Origin: Octopus sinensis
Lineage: Eukaryota
Direction: 5' to 3'
DNA length: 64,000 bases
Assembly (NCBI RefSeq): GCF_006345805.1
Contig: NC_042997.1
Span: 13,578,001 to 13,642,000, forward strand
How positions within the stretch are numbered: position 1 is the stretch's first letter; every line of letters begins with the position of its first letter. The translations under genes and the position numbers were made by a program. Of this stretch, positions 39,760 through 52,515 are shown in pieces. The notes beneath the pieces are model-generated. The model was not told the origin of the DNA. It did no database searches and saw nothing but the letters and a program-made list of their open reading frames with translations.

Positions 39760-40420
39760 CGCCATACTGAAACACTGCTTTTAAGGCTTAGTCGAACAAA
39801 TCAACTCGAATACTACTTTTTACGTCTGATACTTATTCAGTCGGTCTCTTTTCCAGTATGTTAAAGGGACATAAACAAACACCGACTTTCAAGTGATGAA
39901 GATGGGAAAAGACCACAGATACAAAGGCACTCTTACTAACACACACACACTCGCGCGTGCACTACCACCCATATATATATATATATATATATACACACGC
40001 TCTTCTACACAGTTTCCGTCAACCAAATTCTTATTTCTTTATTGCCCACAAAGGGCTAAACATAGAGGGGACAAACAAAGACAAACAAAGGGATTAAGTC
40101 GATTATATCGACCCAAGTGCGTAACTGGCACTTAATTTATCGACCCCGAAAGGATGAAAGGCAAAGTCGACCTCGGCACAATTTGAACTCATAACGTAAC
40201 GGCAGACGAAATACCGCTAAGCATTTCGCCTGGCGTGCTAACGATTCTGCTAGCTCGCTGCCTTGAACCAAATTCTATTACGAACCAAATTCTATTACGA
40301 AGCATTGCTTGGTTAGGGGCCACATCAGAAGACACTTGCTCAAGATACTGCGCAGCAACAATGAATCCGAACCCACATGGTTCAAAGCAACCTCCTTAGC
40401 AACACATTCATAACTTTGCC
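39760..40420 (-). mobile_element. Old SINE family A copy interrupted by a family B copy (40032-40265)
   Basis: Host head and tail blocks are recognisable; the insert is flanked by AACCAAATTCT at 40021-40031 and 40266-40276. Confidence 0.75.
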
Positions 40421-40495
40421 TATACGGAAATTTAGTTAGTAGTCATTTTGTGGTTTTTTAAAAAATATTTTGTCATAAGGTTTCTTTATCTACAG

Positions 40496-40598
40496 TTGTT
40501 GTAACTGCAACTCCTGTTTGACCTCCTTGACGACAAGGAAAACAGATTTGGATCTTGTTCGTAAAGCCAAATGTATTCCAGTTGGTCACTTTTGACTA
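40496..40598 (+). CDS. Gene 1 terminal coding exon: (V)CCNCNSCLTSLTTRKTDLDLVRKAKCIPVGHFD*
   Basis: gtttctttatctacag acceptor; phase 2 start matches exon 4; TAG at 40596-40598. Confidence 0.7.
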
Positions 40599-41989
40599 GG
40601 TGTGTTTGTAACCATGCAATTGTTACTTTGTGATGTAGATTTCAAGTATACCATATATTGCTGATGTGTTTTTGTTTTATCCATTCATCATGTACTTGTA
40701 GCAATATATAAATGAATCATAACTATTATAACTGTTTCTTTTGCTTTTTGTAGTTTTTATTATTAATAATTCCCGACTTTCTAAGACCAAATGAATATAT
40801 GACATGTTTCGTAGAGTAATTTTGTTCCTTACGAAGTATCCATATATGAGTATGGTATGCAATATTAAGCAGTTGTACAGACGTTAATTGCATGCAGTTT
40901 CATATTAATCTCTAGTATTCGATAAGACAGACAGAAGGAAATGCATACCAAGAAGTGATGTATGTTTATTCCGGATATGAAGTCATAGACACATGACTAA
41001 AGTTGTTTCCGGACAAAGCTACACAGAACAAAACATTGATAGCGGTAGTTTTCTGACATGCAAAGAAATGTGAACGTAAAAAGTAATTACAAACCTATGA
41101 AAATCGAGAGAAAGTTCGAGAGAGAGAGAGAACGTGTTGATCATCTTATTGCATGCCCAGTGGTGGCCATAAGAGTATATATGCAGGTATGACAGAGTTA
41201 CAAATTTTAGAAGTATGTGAAACGAAATTGACAGAAGAAAGATGGTATTAACATACACAAAAGAATTCTCAAATCTCTGTTACAGAGACCATACTCTAGG
41301 GCATGCAATGGTTCTTATTTTACAAAGAAATAAATTCAAATTTGCATTATTATCCAGGCTGATCGCACAAAAAGCCTCATGATAGAAACATTGATCCCAA
41401 TGGATACCATATCTGATAAATTATACAACGTTTTAAAATAGAATTATTCAGGATGTGTTTGAAAGAAAACACAAATAAACTCCAGTATAAAACCTATTCA
41501 AAGAAAGAAACAACTGCAAATATACAAAGGCAATGTCAGGACCTATAAATGCAGATAACGTAAAATAGCAATACAATGTTCTGATATATTGTATAATAAT
41601 ATAAAGGCAATAAGAATATACATGCATACACTGATAAACGAATACAAACTGTATCTATTGTTCCACAACAGAGTGACTTTATGCAATTAAAGCGCATAAT
41701 AAATTGGAAAACCTATTAAAGCAGCAAGTACAACAATAATATAAATAGTATTTTATTATATTATTGTTATTATTAATAATAACAATAAGTGCGTAGAAAT
41801 TGGTTACGTGCATAGGACACCACCAGTGCTGCAATTCTACGTTTTTAACAACTGTTGCATTATAAAGAAGACTTACTTACGGCCGGAAAAAGCGAAAAAT
41901 CACGAAAAGATTTTTAGAATAGAACGAAAAACGACAGCACAAGCAGCTAGAAAGAGAAAAATATGACCTGGCAAATTTATACAATAAAC

Positions 41990-42620
41990 CGAGGACTTTT
42001 GAATTTAAAAACCTGCTTATTAATGAAACGTCGAAACCTAAAGCAGGAAACTGGATTGATAATTATAGGCCCCCAGAAACAAGTGAATACGACAGCTTTT
42101 GAGAAAGACAAAGATTCAAAAAGTCAGGCATCCAATGCAGAGTGTGTAGAAAGATAGGGCACGTACTATCTTCAATGCGAGTGCAGTAATCTGACAAAAA
42201 AGATTATAAATGCAGGTATGAGTGTATCGGTGAGAGAGGGCCCTGAAGTGCTAGCTAATTTTGTGCATTTGAAGTTAGGGTAATGATATGAACACGAGCC
42301 AGAAGCTGTCATGATCAATAATTAATGGGATTCTCTACAGAAAGTGATCACACTACTCAAACAAGGAAATCTTATATGATCATTTAAGAGAGAATGAACA
42401 TTCTTAGATCACTGATGCTGGCAGCAGAATGGATGGCAATGGAAATTTAGAAATATGAGGCCATAGCTAGATGAAAAAATTGTGGAACACAATAGTGAAA
42501 ATTGTTGCTCTGATGATTTGCGAACTCGGGAAGACGCAATAATTGCTACGAAAGAGGTTACTGGATATTGAACTTGAAACATGTATTGTTGATCTGCAGA
42601 AAATCCCAATATAACCATAT
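41990..42620 (+). mobile_element. Very decayed R4/Dong-type 3' fragment
   Basis: KQETGLIIIGPQKQ, CSNLTKKDYK, YEHEPEAV, KYEAIAR.KKLW, DLQK, in the order expected for the zinc-finger/nuclease region. Confidence 0.6.
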
Positions 42621-43790
42621 AACTTCTCTAATAATGAAATTGTCATGTAACAGCTCTTGTATGGAATTGTTTTTGATTTAGGCAGACAGTCCGAAATATT
42701 TTTGGGAGGACTGAAGATAGCATTGGCACCAATACTTGAATGGCATCCACTTTTATCCACCTTTGGAGGAATGAAAGAAAAATTGATCTCACCGGGATTT
42801 GAAATAACAATGCAATGAACAGGAACAAATACCGTAATGTATTTTCTCAACACTTTAACAATTAATTTAGCTCATCAGCTTTACTAATAATTCTTTACTA
42901 ATAATTCTAAAGTTATGCAACTGACCGACTGTTTCGAGTACGATTGCAGCGACTGCAATTGTTGATTGATACTGAATGATATAGATACTGGAATGATAAA
43001 GGCCAAATTTGCTACAGGAGGCGCGGGTCAGAAATCGCAAAATAGTAATATTGATTTCATTTATTTGCCACCAGGGCAAAGGATGAGGAGGACAATACAA
43101 AACAGACATAAAATGTTGGGGTTTACATATAATGAAATGATAAAATAAATAGGGATTTCTTTTAGTATTAATAATATTCGCTGGGCTAAAATAGACGTGT
43201 AAGATGAATATACGATTTCAGTAATTGTTTTGGATAACTATGCAGTCGCGCGTCGACACAGATATCCCCTCGGCTCATCCTATGTTATCCAGATGATTAT
43301 CGAAAATGTGCAGGGATGGAGGATTGCACTATAAGTCGGCTGCGACCCATTTTAGGGTGAGTAGGTTGGTGAAATATGAAATTTTGTGCCTCGTTCAGGA
43401 ACATAATGCACCCCTTGGTGCTGGATTCGAAAGTAAAAGCTTTCCATCAAGAATCCAATACTTTGACCACCATGCAACACGCCTTCGTTCAGTTTCTGTC
43501 TACCCAGATTATCCAAGATCGTATGGGTCGAAGCGAGGGTATACGAAATAACATTTTCTCAAAAGAGCATGGAAACTGGATCACTACGAGATTATATGAT
43601 TTGGAACTGAAATTCTTCTTGACTATTCGGCCATATATTGTCACACTATTTTACACAGATTCAATCTGAGAATTACTTGAAGAATATGCGTTTTCCTGAA
43701 ATTTTTCTTACACGCTAAATTCAATGAACAGGCAGTTCAGCAATTCCGTGGATGGAACAACAGAATACTCATCGTCTGCTGATTATTGTG

Positions 43791-43944
43791 TTATTTCTTC
43801 TTTTCGTTACCGCTGTTGTTGGAGTTGTAGTGGTTCATACTGATGGGTGTCGCTACTGCCTCATATTGATGTCTTGCTGGACTACCGTTACTATTGCTAA
43901 GGTTATCCAAGTACGAGGTAGGAGGAGAGGTAAATGAATTTTCT
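43791..43944 (-). CDS. Candidate terminal exon of a minus-strand gene: ENSFTSPPTSYLDNLSNSNGSPARHQYEAVATPISMNHYNSNNSGNEKKK*
   Basis: ttatttttcag acceptor; phase 2 frame open for 50 codons to TAA; GC-richer than its flanks. Confidence 0.45.
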
Positions 43945-44559
43945 CTGAAAAATAACTCCACTATATTAAACTTGTGTTGGCCATCTTGTGAAAAATATTT
44001 TGTCAGAAAATATATATCAGAAATTGTTACAAAACAAGCGCAAGCTCGTTCACTGTGGTGAAGGTTTCCAATGGAAACTTAAGTAGATCCGCAAGGTAAT
44101 GGTTACGATTTCAGCCCCCAAAAACGGCTGAAGAAAAGTAAATCTAGGAAAACCTCACCAGAGATATCCTTAGCTTGGATTCTACGTATATTGAAGAAAG
44201 GAAGTTAGTTGATACCATTGGCTGGTATTTTATTTTATCGACTTCAAACCACTAAAAGATAAAGTTGATTACAGCAGAATTCGAATTAAGAATAATTTTG
44301 ATAAAAGCTCGTGTGGTAATGTAAGCCTAAATTACTAACTTTATCATGTGTGGAATGACACTTGATAATATTACCGATATCCTCGAAACAGAAATGGAGG
44401 TTCTAGAATTAAAGCTGTGTTGAGTGACGAACTCAATCATATAAGAACAGATCGCTCTCAACCGTCTCCTATTGTAACAAATAAGATTCCACAGTTGAGA
44501 TAAAAGAAAATATCAAACAACTGCACTAGTGCATGAGGGTAAATACGAGACAAAGCCTG

Positions 44560-46390
44560 CTGAATTTAACTTGACGACAGAACTGAACAAACCTGTAATT
44601 ATATGATACTTTATGACCAAACCAAATAAAAGCGGGTATAAGAAATGGATGTTGGCGATTTGGAACGAGATTTCGTTTTTCAGCGAAAGAAGAGAATCTG
44701 ACAGAGATCAGACACCTATAAAAATATAATGGATACATATCGAAGCTGGAAGTAGGAGAATTAAAACAGGAAATAGAAAACTTGAAGGCAAGAACGTTGA
44801 AGTTAAGTGAAAGCGGTCCACACAGAGAGGGAAGAAGAAGAAGAAGAAGAAGAAAAAGAAGAAGAAGAGAAAAAGAAGAAGAGAAGAAGAAGAAGAAGAA
44901 GAAAAAAAGAAGAAGGAGAAGAAGAAGAAGAAGAAGAAGAAGAAAAAGAAGAAGAAGAAGAAGAAGAAGAAGAAGAAGAAGAAGAAAAAGAAGAAGAAGA
45001 AGAAAAAGAAGAAGAAGAAGAAGAAGAAGAAGAAAAAGAAGAAGAAAAAAGAAGGAGAAGAAGAAAAAGAAGAAGAAGAAGAAAAAGAAGAAGAAGAAGA
45101 AGAAGAGAAGAAGAAAGGAAAGAAGGAAGGAAGAACGAGACAGAAGGAAAAAGAGAGAAGGGAAGTAAAGAGCGCGAGAGCGAGGAGAAGCAGGAAACAA
45201 AGTGTTAAACTATTACACCGAAGAAAGTGATGTTTTCTCGAGGGTAAATTGAGAAAGTGGCAAGATGGTCGAAGGAGATGTAAATATTGGATGAGACGGA
45301 CCAATCTGCAAAAATTAGCAATAATAAGCCTTTCCAACTTAGAGGATATGAAAGTCGGTTAAGCAAAAAGGAAAAGAAATTGGCTATGGCATTGGAGATT
45401 TGTAGTATCTCTCCTGAGAGTAAATAACTTATAGACAAATGTAACAAGTAACAAAACAACTTGGTTTCAATGCAGATAAACTGCAAACAGAGAGACTAAT
45501 ACTTCGTTGGAAGAGCGAGATAGAAAACATCATCAGGTGTTTGAGATAGAAAATATGTTAAGTGCAGCTCTTTGAACAAGAAGCTCTAAGGATAGAAGGG
45601 GTCGTTAAAACATTGCTAAAAAAACACAATGCAAAAAAGGGAAAAGAGTTGAAATACTGTAATTGAAGAACCGAAGACAAGATTAAGGGAATAGGCAGTT
45701 AAGGTAAACTGGTATGAGTATAGAATTGATCAGTTTCCGTGGAACAGGTTCTTTCAAAATAACAATAAGAGTCAAGACTATTGAAAAGGTTGCAAGATGC
45801 AACGAAAATTTTAGGAAAATAAATATAAGAAATAAGAGAAAATTTTACCTGTGAATGTGTTACATTATAAGGCACAAAAAGAAAATGACTCTGCCCAGAC
45901 ACAACAGAATATGCTTCAACACACGAACTCATATTAAGAATCTTGCAAACCAAATCCAAAAACGAAAGAAGCAGAGAGAAGCAGAAGGTTTTGGAGTAAA
46001 ATAATGAGCAAGAATGACATTCACAATTAGGAGACAGGTTCGAGAGAATTTTAAAAAGCAATGAATTTATGATGAGTAAAACACCACGTCATCAAAACAA
46101 TCAGCTCGGAGCTCAGAGCAAAACAAGCTTTCGAATTACCTTTTGAAAAATACTCAACTGAAGTGGACTGCAAGGATTATTGCTGAAAAACATTAAAACA
46201 CCGGGAGATGATGTATTACAAGAGTATTATAAATTAGTATTAAAAGTATGAGAATTGCTGCGATCTCAAGCAAATTTCATACCACTGCAACGGAAATTAT
46301 CAACAAGCATGATTGCTGATGAGATCTATGCAGACCTAGACGAACAGAACACACGTAGTATTGGACAAACTTTAAAAAGAGAAGAATCAA
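44560..46390 (+). mobile_element. Decayed R4/Dong-type 5' half, with internal deletions
   Basis: TTELNKPVII.YFMTKPNKSGYKKWMLAIWNE, a decayed ...RYE.RIDQF..NRFFQNN.K.. block, RRFWSKIM..NDIHN, KTPGDD, SMIADEIYADL (start of RT). Confidence 0.65.
44830..45200 (+). repeat. Interrupted (GAA)n of ~290 bp within a ~370-bp polypurine tract
   Basis: Direct reading. Confidence 0.97.
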
Positions 46391-47082
46391 ATATTAAACA
46401 GCAAGGTGAGTGTTAGAAGTTGCAAGTGAAGGACGAACTAGTTTAACAATGCAATGAATTGATTCCACAGAATCACAGATTACATTTTGCAGAAAGAATT
46501 ATCTTTAAATTTGAATTCAGAGCCTTCACTTATGTACAACCATGTACTATGATTTGGTCCACACTATTTTGTAACTATGGAGTTGGATACTTCGAAAACT
46601 TTTGCTGTAGTTAGAATATGCTTCAAAGTCTTCGTTTGCCATTTGATTTTCTAGTATTTTATAGTTACGGACCCAGAAACGCGCCCGTAACTAACCGAGG
46701 ACTTTGTTTTCGTTTTTTTTTTCATCCTGTCTTACATATGTGAGTTACATGTACATGTTATATGTGGAGTTATATTTGTAGAAAATAGAAATAAGCGGTC
46801 TTTAACTGCTATTTCTAATTTTTCGGTATGTGGCTAAGGAATCTGTTGGTTGCCCTGTTTATATATATATATATATATATATTTCTTGAGTTTGTTGCAC
46901 TGATGAACATGAAATGCATATTCTGCATTAAATGCGAAATCACATGTGATATGTAACTGAATTCTTTTTTAAAATGATGTGTTTTGAAGTTTTGCATTCG
47001 GTAAAATTTTGTTTATTTTTAGTAGTTTTGACCGCATTGGTCCCTCTTAGCGTGTTGGTATCTACGAATAGTAGTACCCTCA

Positions 47083-47114
<32 letters not shown>

Positions 47115-47220
47115 ACTTTTTGAAAAGTTTCCTACCGGTAATGGTTATATTTCCATACCGAAATCTACCCGGAAATAATTATTGACCTTGAAATTAATAA
47201 TTATTTACACTTATATTATT

Positions 47221-47622
47221 AACTAGCAGTATCGCCCGGCGTTGCTCGGGTTTGTAAGGGAAATAACTATAAAAGCATTTTTAGAGAGTTATAGCCAAAA
47301 AATAGCAAAAAAAAATGCATTAAAAATGGAAAAAAAATTATGGTAATTTTTTTTTAAATCGTTCACTCATCGTAGACATTTTTAGAGAGTTACTTCCCTC
47401 ATATAATAGCGAAAAAATGCATTAAAATGGAAAAAAATTATGGTAAATTATTTTTAAAATCGTAGACTCATCGAAGACGCGCAATAATACCCAGAAGGGC
47501 TCGATATGAATCACGACTATAAGATACCCGCTTTTGGTTACACTGCACCGCAAACTGTGGGAGTAGTTAGGAATCTAAATCGTAGGAGACAGACACACAG
47601 CTTGACTTTTATATATAAAGAT
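47221..47622 (+). mobile_element. Helitron/Helentron-like non-autonomous element
   Basis: Starts AACTAGCAGTATCG-CCCGGC GTT GCTCGGG (5' stem-loop), ends CTTTTATATATAAAGAT; internal ~101-bp tandem duplication; no TIR or TSD seen. Confidence 0.55.
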
Positions 47623-48429
47623 ATATATATGTTTGTGTGTGTGTGTGCGTGTGTGTGTGTGTGTGTGTGTTTGTATGTATATGTATATGTGTGTGTGCGC
47701 GTTAAGGAAAGCAAAAAATAAAACAAAAATGATAGTGTCCAGTAGTTGGTTCAGTACGCTGACTACAGGAATTTCCAAGTGAGTCGTACATCATATCCCA
47801 ATGTCTCTCACATAGCCACACTTTCTCGCTCTCTTATTATTACTCCCATTGTCACCATGAACACTACTACTTTTAATAAAGCATCATGAACTATCCCTAA
47901 CTTTCTTTGTCTCTCTTTTTCTCTTTCTCTCTCTCTCTCTCTCTCTCCCTCTCTCTCTTTCTCTCTGTTTTCGCCACCGCCCTCACCATGTCTATGCCTA
48001 ATATTACTCTCACCCCAGCACGAGGGAGTGTCATTGAATGATGAGAGGTGGGTGTCAAAATGTGACGCTGGCACACAGAAATTAGGTTTCGCATTTATTA
48101 TATTAGAACGGTTTTGGGAGAGTTTAAAGTTACAAGGTAAAAATTAGATGAAGATGTTTTAACGCTCAAATGTTCAAATGTTTGCAGAAATTTCATGAGT
48201 TTCATTCACAGGGATAACTAGTAATTTAAGCGTAAATATTTCGTGAAGATCATAAAAGATATGCATTATTAAAAGTTCAGTTATATTACGTTTTTATAAA
48301 AACAAAAAGTGAAGGTGAAAGAGGAAAAGGAGGAGAGAAAGAAAAAAAAATTAGTTTACAAATTCTGTCATGGTGCGTGTAGTATTCTTTTACGGAAAAA
48401 GGATCCAATTTTTGATCAGTTATAATTCT

Positions 48430-50230
48430 CATGACGTCTTATTTTCTCGTGGATGTTTTGGTCAAAATATTTTTTTTGTTTTGGTAAAGTCTAGTGTTTT
48501 GGCTTGTTGGCTTCCTGGGGACATATATTCCTTGTTGACCACGGTCAAGGTACAAGTTCTGATTGGTCGTAGATTTCGTGACGTCCCTTTATTTTGATCA
48601 CAAATATTTTCCTTGTCGGCTACTATCAAGGTACAAGTTTCGATTGGTTATAAGTTTCGTAATGTTTATTTTGATCAACACTATTCGCAAAATTCAGCGT
48701 TCTGTTTGGTTCACTCCCTGTAGGGATTCGGTAATTTGTTTTTACCTGATGGTAATCTAGCGTTCCGGTTGGCTGGTTCCCTTAAGAAGAGAAAAATGTC
48801 ATTGGTTTTGTCTGAGATGACGTCAGTAACTGATGGTTGAGACGATGTGTGGTGTTACTGTAAAGTAATTTGGAGTTAGGTTTTCGAATCCCTGGGGGAG
48901 CCTGTTATTTAAATTTTTTAAATTATATCTGTTGTCTCTGGTCGGAAAAAATTGCTTTCTCTTTCTGGTGTGTTATTATAGAATATTTAGTTGCGGTTTG
49001 TATTTTTTCACAAGGATGCTTTCCTTAATCAATGGATTGAAGTGGTTCAAGTGCATTGAGAGGGAAAAAAATCTAGTATCTCGGGTTTATGTTTGCGGGG
49101 CATTTATCTGTGTTTGCTTACGGGAAATTTTCCTGGTCTTGCGGTCCCAGATTTGTTGCCTGTATACCGTCAGTCTGTCTTACAAGGTTAAGATAGTTTA
49201 ACCTATTTGTCCTCCACATACACACACACACACACATACGCAGGTGAAGTGATTTTTCATGGTGAATATTTGACCTGACTTAAATTTATGTTGAAACTTC
49301 TATAAGGTTGATGCATGTCCCGCAGTTAAGGCGATTGCATTTTTTGACTAGTGGTGTTTTAATTTTGGTGGGTAATTTGGCACTGGAAAGTAACCTTTTT
49401 AGGGGTTTGGATTTACTTTTACTTTTAAGATTTTTATGCTTTGAGTGTTTTTTTCATTCACAGGTCGTTCAGCAGGTAGGTTATATTCTAGTGGATGATG
49501 CCGTATGCTTCCATATTCCTTGGGTTGTTTGTTGATATGTAAAACAATGAGTTAAATGTGTCATGGGTTTTTTATTTATTTATTCGTAATTCTTGGATGT
49601 CTGTCGTTTTTTAACGTTTTCTTTAAACTAACTGGGCGTATTCTTTCTAGTGATATATTTTTAAGTTCTTGAATTCGTTTATCCCGGGTTTCGAGATTTG
49701 ATACAAGCGTGCAAATTCTTCTTGCCAAGTTAAAAAGGTATTGATTTTAGTATGCTTTGGGTGGCAGGGAGAGAATAGTAGAAATTGTTTTGAGTCCGTT
49801 GATTTAAAGTAGATGTCGGTTTCAATGATAGTGTCACTTTTATGGTTAAAATGTCCAGAAAGAGTAACTGTTTGTTGTTGTATTCCATTGTAAATTGAAT
49901 ACAGTGGTTATTGTTGTTAGTTACATTTTTAAATTCTAAGAGTTGCCCAAGGTTGTGTGACCACAGATTAAAACAATCGTCCAATTGGCGAGTAAGTATT
50001 TTTGGAAGTTGTCACTAAATCTTAGTCTGGCGTGTTCGTATATTCGGCTAGCAAAAGTAGGGGCTACTTTGTTCGCATCGCCGTCCCCGATTTTTGTCTG
50101 CAAGTGTTTTCGTTGAGGAAGTTATTTTGTAGGTAGAGTTTTAGTCCCTCAATAATGAATCTTCTTCCAATTCGGTCAGTAATGTCCTTTGAGAATTTTT
50201 CCAGCCAGAATTGTTTAGCTTTTATTCTGT
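48430..50230 (-). mobile_element. Penelope-like element remnant (RT and GIY-YIG, decayed) with 3' region
   Basis: QKSGTAMRTKVAPTFA, DDCFNLW..IQFTMEY..LLFLDI, LARRICTLVS, KCNRLNCGTC, FTMKNHFTC, KESILVKKYKPQLN*; a CA microsatellite interrupts the nuclease. Confidence 0.82.
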
Positions 50231-50480
50231 ATTCTTTTATTCTTCCGCCAGATGGTTATTGGTGCATCCTGCACCCTGTACATACATATATATTGCTAGC
50301 AGAGAAGCGAACCCTCACCATCTTCTAGCAGACAACAGAATCGCGCCACTGACTTTCGAGCTGGTTGGACCATCTGCAGTCGCGAACACTTGGTCACCAA
50401 AGAGATAGACAGGGTTCGGTCCAGCCACCAATATATTGTAAACAAAGTGACCATTGGTCACAGATTGCAACAAGCAAAGT

Positions 50481-50748
50481 AGCTAGTTGTAAAATCTCAA
50501 GAGATGAGAGTAGTAACTATACTAACCAGTAAAGTTAATCGTCACATCAAAGTGGCTGTTCCATGTTACTACTCTAGCAATATAGATATATGTAGAGGGT
50601 GCAGGCTTCACTGATAATCAGCTGGCGGAAGAGCTACCTGGGGTTAAGCTCGTAGTAACATGGAACAACCACTTTGATCTGGCGATTAAGTTTTATTGGT
50701 TAGTAAAATTACTACTCTGACTTCTTCTTGAAATTTTACAACTAGCTT
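50481..50748. repeat. Imperfect inverted repeat, ~95-bp arms, ~75-bp spacer
   Basis: AGCTAGTTGTAAAAT...TGTTCCATGTTACTAC versus GTAGTAACATGGAACA...ATTTTACAACTAGCT. Confidence 0.85.
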
Positions 50749-51543
50749 ATACACACACATATACACATGGGGTAGACAGTATACTAGATGCAATAATATA
50801 AGAAATGTTAACTAAAATTACCCTTCAGTGAAGATAGCAAATGATTATTTATTCAGAAAATGATTTGTTCTCATAACAATGATATGGTTTGAATTTGTAC
50901 CAAATACGTTAGTGCCCATTTTTGCTATTAAATCTTTACGCAGCAGGCGTTCTCGGTACTTGACCAAAGGCAATTACACACTTATTTGTATGGGTATGTG
51001 TGTCAGTGTATACATTTGTGTGTGTATGTGTATGCGTGTGTGCGTGACTGTGTAAGTGTGTGTCTGTGCGGGTATGAATATATCGTAGATTTTCATTGTC
51101 ATAACTCGAGTACATTCACTATGTTTTTGACTATACAGCATTTTGCCGACTGTAGAAAATAAAATACATCTACTTATTTAAACAACTGTATCTTTTCAAT
51201 CATATTTTAATAAATGTGAAACTTTATGCGGCTTTACAAATTAAATTTCACGCTACTAAAATATAACCGATGGAGATATGTTACAAACGTAAGTGGATTC
51301 GATAAAGCAAAATTCAATACGAAAATGATATTTGAATTTTTTCATTTTTCCAGTGTTAAGATACTATTGTATGATTCGTATTCGTTAAAAAAATCGCAAA
51401 TACACCAGGTGAAATAAACCTTCGATATAACGAAGTATGATTATGTACTTGCACCGACTTAGTGAGGGACCGGAAGGGCATTGCATTTCTGTGGGGGATG
51501 CTGGTAGGTTATGCCAGATACTGTTGTACTTCGTGCAACGTAC

Positions 51544-51667
51544 TTGCAATCGTAGTAGTCTACGGTTGTTGGAATTAGTAATGTATAATGTGTTGATGAA
51601 GTCGGAACTTCTTGGAAGGTGATACTCTCTCCATCTTCTTGAGAATTTAAATACTGCAGAAGTTGCC
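51544..51667 (-). CDS. Candidate exon: (G)QLLQYLNSQEDGESITFQEVPTSSTHYTLLIPTTVDYYDC(K); the frame continues to a stop near 51460
   Basis: GC-richer patch; acceptor ttcttctgtaag or ttctgcag; donor AA|gtacgt; weak FN3-like look by eye. Confidence 0.4.
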
Positions 51668-51955
51668 CTTACAGAAGAACTAACATATTTTTCATTGCGA
51701 GATTTAGAGTTAAATATGTGCATACAGGTACACACAAACTAAATCACAAACTCAGAGAGGTGTGCGGATATATATGTATGCATATATGTGTGTGTATATA
51801 TACATATATGTAACTATGTATATATAAGTCTATATATATATATATATATATATGCATATATATATATAAGTATATATGTGTGTATGAGGGTATATACATA
51901 TCCATACAGACACATATATATATACATACATATATATGCATATATATGTACATGT

Positions 51956-52037
<82 letters not shown>

Positions 52038-52111
52038 GAGTGTGTTATATATATGCCTACAGACACACAGATATATATATATGTATATATACATATGAGT
52101 ATATATGCATA

Positions 52112-52186
<75 letters not shown>

Positions 52187-52468
52187 GTGTGTGTATATAA
52201 ATATATATATATATGTATGTATACATATTTTCTCGTATACTATGCATATGGAGCACACATCCATAAAAATATAGACATATGTAAAAATTATTTACTGAGA
52301 AACATATTCACAGTTACTTTTCAACCAACGATTTGGCATGTATGCCGTCTCATATCTTACATAAAAATTACATGACAGAAGTATATATTTATAATGCACC
52401 AGTAAGTGAAAAGATATTCATGCTTACATACATATACAGGGAAATGAACATATATATATATACACGTG

Positions 52469-52515
<47 letters not shown>

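Noticed and set aside
41161-41186. 26-nt segment with cag/gtatga (GGHKSIYA in phase 2) as an alternative to exon 5
   Set aside because: Phase-compatible, but no convincing downstream partner; could be 3'UTR or chance
42150-42220. CAG|gtatga donor and short open frame
   Set aside because: Lies inside the decayed R4/Dong zinc-finger region
42467-42853. 128-aa minus-strand ORF
   Set aside because: Antisense to retroelement debris and includes a decayed SINE B core (NPGEINFSFIPPKVD)
44526-45337. Poly-R/K/E/F/S ORFs of 128-224 aa
   Set aside because: Readings of the GAA tract
46300-46412. Apparent exon MIADEIYADLDEQ... with AAG|gtgagt, plus a CTGATGA hammerhead-like seed near 46316
   Set aside because: The peptide fits the R4/Dong RT start; the seed is followed by GAAC rather than GAAA and has no stems I/III
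51353-51407. Strong plus-strand acceptor with VKILLYDSYSLKKSQIHQ frame
   Set aside because: Weak donor (gtgaaa), no compositional signal, and such sites are common in AT-rich DNA
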